A stretch of DNA of 64,000 bases, taken from the NCBI GenBank assembly GCA_035344155.1, contig DAORAL010000003.1, positions 132,402 to 196,401 of the forward strand, in the 5' to 3' direction. The position numbers and the translations under genes are program-made. The stretch's first letter is position 1. The number at the start of each line of letters is the position of its first letter. The notes beneath the pieces were generated by a model. That model was not told the DNA's origin. It made no database searches and saw nothing but the letters and a program-made list of their open reading frames with translations. This document shows, piece by piece, positions 18,729-28,151 of this stretch. This stretch comes from Phycisphaerae bacterium. GTDB lineage: Bacteria > Planctomycetota > Phycisphaerae > UBA1845.

Positions 18729-20113
18729 GATTCGCGTTCCCCTGCCGAGTTTGAGTCAAGATGTTGTGGTGATTCGATAGCGTTCCAACCTCCACGGGCG
18801 ATCCAGTCGGCATACCAGAGTCCGCTATCTTTGATTGTACGCACCTGCGTTTCGAAATCGCAATGAACCAAGCCGAATCGCTTGGCAAAACCGTGCGCCC
18901 ATTCAAGGTTATCGATCAACGACCACACAAAATATCCGCGTAAATCGACGCCTTTTTCTACTGCCCTGCGAGCGGATTCAAAGTGCGTCCGAATATAGTC
19001 GATGCGCTCGGGGTCGTGGACGAAGCCGTCCTCGACGATTTCGTTCTCTTTGGCCATCCCGTTTTCCGTGAGATACACGGGAAGGTTGCCGTATCGTTGA
19101 GTCAGCCAGATCAGCAGCGATTCAAGACCTTCCGCAACGATGGGCCAACCCATCGCGGTTTTCGGTCGATTCGGATCCGACCTGCGGATGTAACCCATCG
19201 GATTCTCACCGGGGGCTGCGCTGACGAGATCGCTGAAGTAGTAATTCGTCGCGATGAAGTCGATCGATTGCTTGACGAGCTTTTGATCTTCATCGGAAAA
19301 CTGCGGGATCAAATCACCGTATGCGCTACGCATTTCATTCGGGTAGTCACCGAACCAGACGGGGTCGCCAAACCAGCCGGCCATGTCGATCAAAGCCCGC
19401 TGCGCTGCGTCGCGATCATCGATCGTGTCGCTGGCGGGATACATGAACTCGCAATTGAGATTGATGCCAATTTCGCCGCGGTATCCACCGGCCCGAAACG
19501 CTGCGACTGCAAGTGCGTGGGCGCGGAGCAGTTGATGACCGACCTGAAATCCGCGTCGGCGATCCTGAACTCCTGGCGCGAATGCACCATTGAAGTAGCC
19601 GAAATATGCAACGCACCACGGCTCGTTGATGGTAAACCAATGCGACACACGATCGCCGATGCGATCAAAGATGAGTCTTGAGTAGTCTGCAAAGTGGCGG
19701 GCGGTGTCGGGGTGTTCCCAGCCGCCAAGTTTCATTTGCAATGCTTGCGGAAGATCCCAGTGATAAAGCGTGACGTATGGGGCGATGTCGGCTGCGATGA
19801 GTTCATCAACGAGACGGTCATAAAAATCGAGACCGGCTTGGTTGACCGTGCCGGTACCTTCCGGCAGGACGCGGGGCCAACTGATGCTGAACCGGTATCC
19901 CTGAAGGTTGAGCGCCTTCATCAAGGCGACATCATCGCGGTAATGGCTGACATGGTTGCAGGAGCGCAATCCGTTTGCACCGCCCGCGATCTTGCCCGGA
20001 ATTTCACAGAAAACGTCCCAAATACTGGTCCCGCGCTGCCCGATTTCGCCTGATCCTTCGATCTGGAAGGCGGAGGTGGCTGCCCCCCAGGTGAATGGTC
20101 TTTTGGTCGTCAT
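18713..20113 (-). CDS. GH1 beta-glucosidase
   Basis: FTWGAATSAFQIEG, FTINEPW (acid/base) and VYLTENGMA (nucleophile) are present. Start taken at MTTKRPF. It overlaps the downstream gene's start by 16 nt. Confidence 0.95.
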   Translation of the reverse strand: MTTKRPFTWGAATSAFQIEGSGEIGQRGTSIWDVFCEIPGKIAGGANGLRSCNHVSHYRDDVALMKALNLQGYRFSISWPRVLPEGTGTVNQAGLDFYDRLVDELIAADIAPYVTLYHWDLPQALQMKLGGWEHPDTARHFADYSRLIFDRIGDRVSHWFTINEPWCVAYFGYFNGAFAPGVQDRRRGFQVGHQLLRAHALAVAAFRAGGYRGEIGINLNCEFMYPASDTIDDRDAAQRALIDMAGWFGDPVWFGDYPNEMRSAYGDLIPQFSDEDQKLVKQSIDFIATNYYFSDLVSAAPGENPMGYIRRSDPNRPKTAMGWPIVAEGLESLLIWLTQRYGNLPVYLTENGMAKENEIVEDGFVHDPERIDYIRTHFESARRAVEKGVDLRGYFVWSLIDNLEWAHGFAKRFGLVHCDFETQVRTIKDSGLWYADWIARGGWNAIESPQHLDSNSAGERESCMES

Positions 20114-20280
20114 TATTGGAGTTTTCCGAAGCCCTGACAGGGGGTTTGACCAATTCGATGACAGATCTAAGATCTTTTCTAGAATAAAGTTGCGCGATAC
20201 ATCGTGGCCCATTGAAACCGGGGCGCGAATTCAATGTGATCATAGGTCAGTTCGGCGCTAAAATACATCGTAACAAGGTA

Positions 20281-20294
20281 TGAAAGCGCTTGCA
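20281..20294. promoter_or_regulatory. LacI/CcpA-type operator TGAAAGCGCTTGCA
   Basis: It lies in the divergent region between GH1 (minus strand) and the PEP-CTERM gene (plus strand). It has one mismatch to the perfect palindrome. Confidence 0.7.
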
Positions 20295-20437
20295 ATGGTG
20301 GGTCGGCGCGTTTATGATGGACTATAGTCCGAGGGCGTCTCTACCGCTGCACCGGACTCTCTTCCGCGGCAGCGATTATTGTGAGCAAATGTGGCTCTGC
20401 GGCGACTTTTCAAATCTCTCATTTTGGAGGAGTAAAG

Positions 20438-21247
20438 ATGCAACAAAGGAAAGGCACAAGCTATTCACTGCTGGTCGCAGTGGCTACGGTCACCGCGCTG
20501 GGTGTTGCGGTTGAGGCCATGGCGGCTCCAACGGTCACGGGTGCGCTGCTCAATACCCGCGTCTTCAATGACGATGGCGGTTCAACGCTCAACACAATCA
20601 ACAACTTTCCCACTCAGGTGCAGTTCGACGACACAACGAATTCAGGTGCCGGTTTCGCAAATCTGCACAACTTCCACCTCGCCAGCGATTTCATCACCGA
20701 AGCCGTGTTCAACAACGGCGACAGCTTTGACTTCTCAGCCGACCTGACAATCAGCGGCGACGGTCAAGGCGAAGGCGGTCTTCAAGTCGCACCCTGGTGG
20801 TCGCACAATGTCGACGGCCGCTTCAACTTCCGGACCACCGATGGCGAAATCGCCGTTTTCGGTGGTCGTCTTCCTTTTTACAGCTTCACCGGTTCGCAGG
20901 GCCTGACCTACACCAAGGGTGACACGGTCAATGTCGGCGTGAAGTATCGCGCGAATGGCCTCAGCTCAGGTTCACCCGCGACGATTGAGTATTTGCTGAC
21001 CCTCGGTGGAAATGATTACACCAGCGGCCCGTTGGCATTCGATGAAGGCAATGCAGCTGAAGGCATGGGCACGTGGGGCATGCTCGATGACGCCCGCGTT
21101 GGTGGTTATGTCCAGTACTTCACCGGTGGCAGTGGTGCAGGCAACGGTCTGGTCGCGAACTTTGGCAACATGAGCTTTGTACCTGAACCGGCAAGTCTCG
21201 CGCTGTTGGCGATGGGTGCCGTGACGATGCTTCGTCGTCGTCGCTAG
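20438..21247 (+). CDS. PEP-CTERM-anchored secreted protein (lectin/jelly-roll-like)
   Basis: GGAGG lies 7 nt upstream of the ATG. A signal peptide is present. The C-terminus reads FVPEPASLALLAMGAVTMLRRRR. Confidence 0.8.
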   Translation: MQQRKGTSYSLLVAVATVTALGVAVEAMAAPTVTGALLNTRVFNDDGGSTLNTINNFPTQVQFDDTTNSGAGFANLHNFHLASDFITEAVFNNGDSFDFSADLTISGDGQGEGGLQVAPWWSHNVDGRFNFRTTDGEIAVFGGRLPFYSFTGSQGLTYTKGDTVNVGVKYRANGLSSGSPATIEYLLTLGGNDYTSGPLAFDEGNAAEGMGTWGMLDDARVGGYVQYFTGGSGAGNGLVANFGNMSFVPEPASLALLAMGAVTMLRRRR

Positions 21248-21327
21248 TCAAATGAAGTTTGAATGCTGCGCGTTGACGCGCCTGATCCAATGGCGCGATG
21301 CGTGCGGACGATTGTTTTCCTTCATTG

Positions 21328-21359
21328 CGATGCGGCAGCAGCGAATCGCTGCCGCATCG
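21328..21359 (+). terminator. Strong hairpin downstream of the PEP-CTERM gene
   Basis: CGATGCGGCAGC pairs with GCTGCCGCATCG as 12-bp arms. No clear T-tract follows. Confidence 0.5.
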
Positions 21360-21404
21360 GACTGAGGGGAATACGCAGATGAATTCGGGGGAACACGGGG
21401 ACGT

Positions 21405-22304
21405 ATGAAGCAAGGGATGGCCAACATGCGATTGAGAAGAAACCGAGCTGGATTCACGCTGGTCGAACTGTTGGTGGTGATATCCATCATCGCTTTGCTT
21501 GTCTCGATCCTGCTGCCTTCCCTCAAGAAGGCGCGCGATCAGGCGAAGGACACATTGTGCAAGGCGAACATGCATCAACTGGGTCTCGCGGTTCAATACT
21601 ACGTGCAAGATTCCCAAGATCACCTGCCATGGATTCCGGGCGTTCCGATTGGCGGTGGCAGCCCGTACCACAAAGCCCCCTTCAAACAATACCGACATAT
21701 CCTGCAACTCTGGCCTTACCTTAAAGATCTGAAAATCTACGAGTGCCCAAAGGCGAAGTCGGCCAACGCAAAAGGTGGCCAACCCGGTGCTCGGTCAATC
21801 ACGGCAGAAGAATTCGTTTCGATGCAGGATAGTGCCAGTCCTTCGATGACCCAGTACTTCGCGGTCAAGAGCGACCCGCTCGTCAAGAAGTTTGTTCAGA
21901 ATCGTGAATTCTCGTTCGTCAGCGTGCAGGAGTTTCAGGACCCAAGCACGAAGTTGCTGAAGAATGTGTACACAGAGTATTGGTTCAACGATTGGAATGA
22001 CGGAGCCGGTGACATTCCGGCGATCAGCGGAAATCTGATCAACATGATTCCGTTCCCCGATTTGTCGGTGATGTTCAGCGATGCATTGCCACAGCGTCCG
22101 CGTCACAACGGCGGGCATCACATTCTCTTCCTCGACACCCACGTCGAGTGGTTCAAGCAAGAACGATATTTCGACTACGAAGCCGGCAGTTATCAAGAGG
22201 CGAACGATAAAGATCGGTTTGGTAATCGCCCGTATTGGTCGTGGGGTTTGAGCAAGGGCGGAAACAAGGTCGTGGACGGTTCGACGGGTCAGTACTCGAA
22301 CTAG
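21405..22304 (+). CDS. DUF1559 protein with prepilin-type N-terminal cleavage/methylation domain
   Basis: It has [27 protein letters not shown]. The C-terminal [16 protein letters not shown] is an H-X9-DT variant of the H-X9-DG motif. Confidence 0.85.
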   Translation: MKQGMANMRLRRNRAGFTLVELLVVISIIALLVSILLPSLKKARDQAKDTLCKANMHQLGLAVQYYVQDSQDHLPWIPGVPIGGGSPYHKAPFKQYRHILQLWPYLKDLKIYECPKAKSANAKGGQPGARSITAEEFVSMQDSASPSMTQYFAVKSDPLVKKFVQNREFSFVSVQEFQDPSTKLLKNVYTEYWFNDWNDGAGDIPAISGNLINMIPFPDLSVMFSDALPQRPRHNGGHHILFLDTHVEWFKQERYFDYEAGSYQEANDKDRFGNRPYWSWGLSKGGNKVVDGSTGQYSN

Positions 22305-22468
22305 GCGGATTGCGCATTCGGCGGATCAGGTCGAAAGCCAATCGCGCGTGGTTGCGGTCCAAGAGGTTGAACGAAGTCAACAGGTTTGATTGAAGATCAA
22401 AACGTCGCACGAGTGCAGTCCACTTGGGCGGAAAGCGGCAAAGTTCAAGAGGCGGAAGGAAAGCAGTG

Positions 22469-24289
22469 ATGAAAGCTCAAAAAACATTGGTATTGGCGAT
22501 GCTTGCGTCGCTGATTTCGTTCGGAGCAGCAAATGCAGCTCAAAATATCTTGCTCAACGGCAGCATCGAAGACAGCGACGCAAATGCGCTGGATCCGTTT
22601 GTTCCCGGTGGATGGGAACTCAGCGGCAACGTGATTGAACGCTCGTCGGAGGCGAATCTCGTCCCGGTCGGCGCAGGACACGCGCTGAAGGCATTCCAAA
22701 GCAACCCGACCGAACTGGCGTTCCAGGATATCCCGGTCGCGGGTGGCTCGGACAGTGTCACGGTCAGTGCTCAGTTGTATACCAGAACAGGTGACAAAGT
22801 CGGCGGGAACGCGATTGCGGGTATCGCACTCGGATTCTTCGACAACGGAGGCAATCAGGTCGGCGGTGCCACGCAGTTTAACTTCGTGATGGATGCGTCT
22901 TCGCCGGCTGACACCTGGATTCCGGCGTCAATCGGCCCGGTGGCGGCGCCTGCGGGAGCAACCAAAGCCAGAATGACCTGCGTCTGGATTGCAAGCTCCG
23001 GTTCCGGTGCTGCGTTTTGGGACGACGCACGGTTGACCCTCAACGGCGATCCGACCAACCTCCTCGCCAACGGTGATTTTGAGTTGGCTGGTCCCGGTGA
23101 AGCGTCCCCCAATGCAGTGGCTGAATGGGGCGGATTCGGTGATCAGCGTCCTTCAGAAGATCATTCGCTTCACGGTGATGTCAGCTTGAAGATCGGCACC
23201 GATTCGGCGTTCAGTGGACTGTTCCAGAACATGACCGAGGTCTTTGAAGGCGAACGCGTTTTGCTCAAAGGACGCGTGTTGCACACCTCGACCAACGGTT
23301 TGACGAACAACGCCCTTGCCGGTTTGAAGCTTGAATTCTCACCGCCCGGTGGTTCATCGCTGCCGCCGCCTTCGGAAAACTTCCCATTCGGTGCGGACTC
23401 GACGTCCAACGCGTGGGTGATGATCGACATCGGTACCATTGGTGTTGAAGTTCCGGATGATGCCGGTCTCGCCCGTATTACGATGATCATGTTCCCCGAT
23501 GCGTCGACCAACAGCGTCGTTTATTTTGATCAGGCGTTCGCGGCATTGTCCCGCGCCCCGTCAACGAACCTGTTGACCAACTCGAGTTTTGAAAACGGAT
23601 TCGGTGGTCCCAACGGAATCGACGATTGGCAGGAGTTTGGTCCGGAAGCACAGCTTTCGTTTGAAGTCGGTGGGTTGGAGAACAACCTGGTGGATGAAGA
23701 TGTGTTTGGTGCCAGTGCGAAGATGGCTGGTTCCGATTTCACCGGTATCTCGCAAGAAATTTCGCTGCCATCGACGCTTCTGCCAAATGAAACGTTGTAC
23801 GTGCGGGCTTTCGTCAGGCAGCAGGATGTCGAAGCCCAGCAGCTTCACGGTACCGCAAAAGCCGGCGTCAAGATCGAATGGATCGCGGGAACGCTTCCCG
23901 GCGTTATCGATATTGGCAGCAGTGCCGATGATCATACGATTGACTCCACCAGTCCGACCGATGTCTGGATTCCATTGGAAATCGACTTCACGATGCCAGC
24001 CGGCAATGCCGCGTTGACGCGAGCTGTCTGCATTGTGTCAGCCGGCACGGGAACGGGCGAAGTCTTCTTTGACAATCTTGAAGCCGTCATCACCAATCGT
24101 TTCGATGGCGCAGATGCCGACGGCGACGACGACGAAGACCTGTTCAACTTCGGCGAGTTCCAACGGTGTTTCACCGGTAGCGGTGCGGGCGATCTCGATT
24201 GGAATTGCACGGTGTTCGACAACGACGAAGATATCGACATCGATCTGGTTGACTTCAACTACTTCCACCCGAGAATCACGGGCCCGTAA
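22469..24289 (+). CDS. Secreted protein with repeated CBM4/9/22-like modules and C-terminal dockerin-like module
   Basis: It has a signal peptide (MKAQKTLVLAMLASLISFGAANA). Module starts recur as NILLNGSIED, NLLANGDFEL and NLLTNSSFEN. The tail reads DADGDDDEDLFNFGEFQRCFTGSG...FDNDEDIDIDLVDFNYF. Confidence 0.6.
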   Translation: MKAQKTLVLAMLASLISFGAANAAQNILLNGSIEDSDANALDPFVPGGWELSGNVIERSSEANLVPVGAGHALKAFQSNPTELAFQDIPVAGGSDSVTVSAQLYTRTGDKVGGNAIAGIALGFFDNGGNQVGGATQFNFVMDASSPADTWIPASIGPVAAPAGATKARMTCVWIASSGSGAAFWDDARLTLNGDPTNLLANGDFELAGPGEASPNAVAEWGGFGDQRPSEDHSLHGDVSLKIGTDSAFSGLFQNMTEVFEGERVLLKGRVLHTSTNGLTNNALAGLKLEFSPPGGSSLPPPSENFPFGADSTSNAWVMIDIGTIGVEVPDDAGLARITMIMFPDASTNSVVYFDQAFAALSRAPSTNLLTNSSFENGFGGPNGIDDWQEFGPEAQLSFEVGGLENNLVDEDVFGASAKMAGSDFTGISQEISLPSTLLPNETLYVRAFVRQQDVEAQQLHGTAKAGVKIEWIAGTLPGVIDIGSSADDHTIDSTSPTDVWIPLEIDFTMPAGNAALTRAVCIVSAGTGTGEVFFDNLEAVITNRFDGADADGDDDEDLFNFGEFQRCFTGSGAGDLDWNCTVFDNDEDIDIDLVDFNYFHPRITGP

Positions 24290-24334
24290 GGAAGACGCCC
24301 AGTACGCTGAATGTCAGCAAAACAAAGACAACCG

Positions 24335-24370
24335 AATGCCCTGCCGGATCTTCCGCGCAGGGCATTTTTA
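24335..24370 (+). terminator. Rho-independent terminator
   Basis: AATGCCCTGC pairs with GCAGGGCATT (10-bp stem, 12-nt loop) and is followed by TTTTT. Confidence 0.85.
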
Positions 24371-24412
24371 TGCGCAGACGACAACTCTTGCAGAATTCGA
24401 GGCAAATCAATA

Positions 24413-27400
24413 ATGCGTAAATCCAAATTGGCCGTCGATCGCAGCACCTGGGCTTTGATTACCGCGCTTCTCATCGCAACATCCCTCGCCAATGCCGCAC
24501 CAACTATATTGGATGACTTTGAGACGTTGGATCGGTGGACCGTCAACGCGAATGATGGAGTCGTGGCCTCCATCAAGCCGGCGCCCGGCGTTGATGGCAA
24601 GTGCATGCAGCTGGATTTCGATTTTCGCGCGGGGGCGGGGTTTGTTGTGATCCGTCGCGTCGTTGACTTTGAACTGCCGGAAAACTATCGGTTCGCATTT
24701 GCGCTGAGGGGGGAAGCGCCTTCAAACAATTTGGAATTCAAACTTGTCGATCCGTCGGGTGACAACGTTTGGTGGGTCAATCGACGGAACCTGACCTTCC
24801 CCAAAACATGGGAGACCACACGCTACAAAGCCAGACACTTCGAGTTCGCATGGGGACCGGCTGGCAATGTCCCGATGAAGCGACTCGGCGCCATCGAATT
24901 CGCGGTGGCGGCTAGCAGCGGTGGGAAAGGGCGCGTGTTCATCGATTCACTCACTTACGAAGCCCTGCCCAAACCCAAGCCGGTCACGACTGCGCCGGGC
25001 ATCCGGTTTTCTTCAAATACCAGCGTCGACTCCGCGAAACTCAAGACGCTTCCGCAAGACGGTACTGTTCACTGGCGACCGGCTGACGATGACGAATCGC
25101 GTTGGCTCGAACTCGACTTTCACGATGTGCGCGAATTGGGCGGTATCGTCATCGATTGGGCGGCTGACAATTATGCACGCAACTACGACGTTGAATTGAC
25201 GCTCGACGGTTCGACTTGGGAACGCGCGGCGAGCGTTCGTGATGGCAATGGCCGACGTGACTACATACCGACGCGCGACGCCGAGGCGCTGGGCGTGCGC
25301 GTGGTGATTGCGGATGACGGACCGATCGAGATGCGCAGCGTGACCGTGCGCGATGTTGAATTTTCGCAGGATCAGAACCGGCTCTTTGAATCGATCACAG
25401 CCGAGTCGCCTCGCGGAAATTTCCCGGCGTACTTTCTAAGAGAGCATGCGCCCTGGACGATCGTCGGTGTATCCGGTGATACGAATGAAGCGCTCGTTGG
25501 TGCGTACGGACAGGTGGAGGTCAAACGCAGCGGCTGGTCGCTCGAACCGTTCTTGAATATTGGGGGCAAACTGCAAACCTGGGCGGATGCATCGATCAAA
25601 CAATCGTTGGTGGAGGGCTACATTCCGATCCCGTCCGTCACGTGGGGCATCGACGGTTTGCAACTGACAACGACCGCGTTTGCGGATGGCGACGCCGAAT
25701 CTTCGGAACTCGTCGTGTCATACGCGATACAAAACCAAAGCGCCGAGTCGGTCGAAGGCAATTTTTTCCTGGCCATCCGACCTTTTCAGGTGTTGCCACC
25801 GTGGCAGAATCTGAACATCACCGGGGGCGCGACATCCATCGATGCGATTTCAAGAGATGGTACAGGCGTTCACGTCAATGAAGATCCGCCGCTTGAACTT
25901 TGGACAACACCGGACGGATTTGGAGCGACCACTTTCGATGGCGGCGATATCAGCGAATACCTGGCCGCCAACGAACTGCCTATATCGCAAATGGTAGCGT
26001 GTAGCGATGGCAGTGCGTCGGGGGGGCTGCGCTATGCGTATGAACTTGCGCCCGGTGAAGACAAACTTGTCGTCGTCTCGATTCCGATGCATAAGGCGGC
26101 TAAGGCGGTGGCAAGTGGGGTCTCAGATCGCGATTACGCAAAACGCCTAACCAAGGCCGCTGATTCCTGGCGGACCATGCTCAATCGGGTGCGTTTGAAG
26201 CTCCCGCAATCACTGAAGCAATTGGAGGACACGTTCCGCGCGACGCAGGCGTATATCCTGATCAATCGCGACGGGCCAGCGATTCAGCCGGGTTCGCGGA
26301 CGTACGAGCGCAGTTGGATTCGCGATGGATCGGTGACATCCACGGCGCTGCTGTCGTGCGGACATACGGATGCGGTGCGCGAATATCTGGATTGGTATGC
26401 GGGCAATCAATACCCCGATGGCAAGGTGCCATGCGTGGTTGATCGACGCGGTCCGGACCCGGTTCCGGAGCATGACAGCAGCGGCGAGTTGATCTACGCG
26501 ATCAACACCTTCTATCGATTCACGCACGATCGAGCGTTTCTCGAATCCAAAGTCTCGAATGTGAAGCGAGCGGTGGACTACGTCGAAGCGCTTCGCAATC
26601 AACGCACCACCGATCATTACAAACACGGTGAAGGCGTGACCCGGGCGTGCTATGGCCTCGTGCCCGAATCGATCAGTCACGAGGGATACAGTGCCAAGCC
26701 CATGCATTCCTACTGGGACAATTTCTTCGTTGTCAAAGGTTTTAAGGATGCGGCTTCGATCGCAAATGAGTTGCAGGATTCTGAATTCGCGAAGCGTTGC
26801 ACGAAGCTACACGATGCCCATCGCGACGCCCTGTATGACTCGCTCGATCTGTCGATGAAGCTGCACGACATCAAATACCTTCCTGGTTGCGCAGAGTTGG
26901 GCGACTTCGACGCGACGTCGACCGCGATCGCGGTCTTCCCATGCGAGCAACTTCAACACCTGCCTTCGGAGGCACTCGCGTTTACATTTGATCGCTACTT
27001 CGATTTCTTCCAGAAACGTGCGTCTGGTCAGGTGGAGTGGAACGATTACACGCCGTATGAGATTCGGATTGTCGATGCGTACGTGCGGATGGGGCAGCCG
27101 AAGCGGGCCCGCGCACTGCTTGATTTCTTTTTGAAGGATCAGCGACCAAACGCATGGCGACAGTGGGCCGAGGTGGTCTGGCGCGATCCGAAGGCGCCGC
27201 GATTTCGCGGCGACATGCCGCATACCTGGGTGGGAAGCGCGCTGATCAATTCGGTGCGATCGATGTTCGTGTACGAACGCGATGGTCAATTGGTGTTGCT
27301 AGCCGGCGCGGGCGAGACTTGGCTCGCCGAAGATTCGGGCGTGGAGATTGAAGGTTTCCCGACGTACTTTGGAACACTGAATCTGCGCGCGTCTATGACC

Positions 27401-27580
27401 GGTAACACGATGACTGTCGAACTGGCCGGTGATGCTCGCCCACCGAAAGGATTCGAGTTGACACTACCGCGCAAAGCCGCGCCAACCGATGTCGTGGTAG
27501 ATGGAAAACCCGTTGCTGTTCCAACCGGTCAGCGTATCGCTCTGGACAGCGCGCGGCGCATTGTTGTCACTTGGCGCTGA
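24413..27580 (+). CDS. Secreted protein with two F5/8 type C (discoidin)-like modules and a C-terminal six-hairpin (alpha/alpha)6 glycosidase-like domain
   Basis: It has a signal peptide. NYARNYDVELTLDGSTWERAASV is discoidin-like. The C-terminal half carries YERSWIRDGSVTS, GNQYPDGKVPC and PHTWVGSALI. Confidence 0.55.
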   Translation: MRKSKLAVDRSTWALITALLIATSLANAAPTILDDFETLDRWTVNANDGVVASIKPAPGVDGKCMQLDFDFRAGAGFVVIRRVVDFELPENYRFAFALRGEAPSNNLEFKLVDPSGDNVWWVNRRNLTFPKTWETTRYKARHFEFAWGPAGNVPMKRLGAIEFAVAASSGGKGRVFIDSLTYEALPKPKPVTTAPGIRFSSNTSVDSAKLKTLPQDGTVHWRPADDDESRWLELDFHDVRELGGIVIDWAADNYARNYDVELTLDGSTWERAASVRDGNGRRDYIPTRDAEALGVRVVIADDGPIEMRSVTVRDVEFSQDQNRLFESITAESPRGNFPAYFLREHAPWTIVGVSGDTNEALVGAYGQVEVKRSGWSLEPFLNIGGKLQTWADASIKQSLVEGYIPIPSVTWGIDGLQLTTTAFADGDAESSELVVSYAIQNQSAESVEGNFFLAIRPFQVLPPWQNLNITGGATSIDAISRDGTGVHVNEDPPLELWTTPDGFGATTFDGGDISEYLAANELPISQMVACSDGSASGGLRYAYELAPGEDKLVVVSIPMHKAAKAVASGVSDRDYAKRLTKAADSWRTMLNRVRLKLPQSLKQLEDTFRATQAYILINRDGPAIQPGSRTYERSWIRDGSVTSTALLSCGHTDAVREYLDWYAGNQYPDGKVPCVVDRRGPDPVPEHDSSGELIYAINTFYRFTHDRAFLESKVSNVKRAVDYVEALRNQRTTDHYKHGEGVTRACYGLVPESISHEGYSAKPMHSYWDNFFVVKGFKDAASIANELQDSEFAKRCTKLHDAHRDALYDSLDLSMKLHDIKYLPGCAELGDFDATSTAIAVFPCEQLQHLPSEALAFTFDRYFDFFQKRASGQVEWNDYTPYEIRIVDAYVRMGQPKRARALLDFFLKDQRPNAWRQWAEVVWRDPKAPRFRGDMPHTWVGSALINSVRSMFVYERDGQLVLLAGAGETWLAEDSGVEIEGFPTYFGTLNLRASMTGNTMTVELAGDARPPKGFELTLPRKAAPTDVVVDGKPVAVPTGQRIALDSARRIVVTWR

Positions 27581-27604
27581 GACTTGGCATCACCGGAGCG
27601 GAAC

Positions 27605-28093
27605 CTATTTCACCGGCTCGAAGATCTCGCGGGCAAACGGCGGACCATCTTCAGTCGGTGTAAACTCGAAGCGATAGGTTTTGCCTTCCGAGACCTTCGG
27701 CGTGTAGTCAAAGACGTATGGCTTACCGATTTCAAGGCGGCCGGTCAGATACGAATCGGGCGTGCCGACTTTGTGATCGGGAATCAAGCTGGCGAAGTGG
27801 CCGCGTTCGAGTACGACCGGTTCGGATGACCCTGTGCGGAGGTTGAAGTGCTCGGGAATCCACTCATCCCAAAGCTCCACGGATGAGTTTCCAACGAATT
27901 CGACTTTGGGCGGGTCGATGCGTACCATGGCAATCGGAATGGCGATTTGAATTTCGACCGTTTGTCCATCGGACTTGCCGCAGGCGAATGCAACCATGTG
28001 ATCCGGGCCACTCGACAGCATCGAGCCCAATCCGTAGTAACCACCCAGTACGAGGATGCCCGCGATGACGGCAAAAGTAACCAGCCCCTTCAT
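27605..28093 (-). CDS. Hypothetical membrane-anchored protein
   Basis: 162 aa with an N-terminal TM (LVTFAVIAGILVLGGYYGL). No recognisable motif. Confidence 0.5.
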   Translation of the reverse strand: MKGLVTFAVIAGILVLGGYYGLGSMLSSGPDHMVAFACGKSDGQTVEIQIAIPIAMVRIDPPKVEFVGNSSVELWDEWIPEHFNLRTGSSEPVVLERGHFASLIPDHKVGTPDSYLTGRLEIGKPYVFDYTPKVSEGKTYRFEFTPTEDGPPFAREIFEPVK

Positions 28094-28151
28094 GATCTAT
28101 CCTTTCCGTTTCGGTTTGATTAATTCGTTTATTATGGTACGGATCGAGCAA

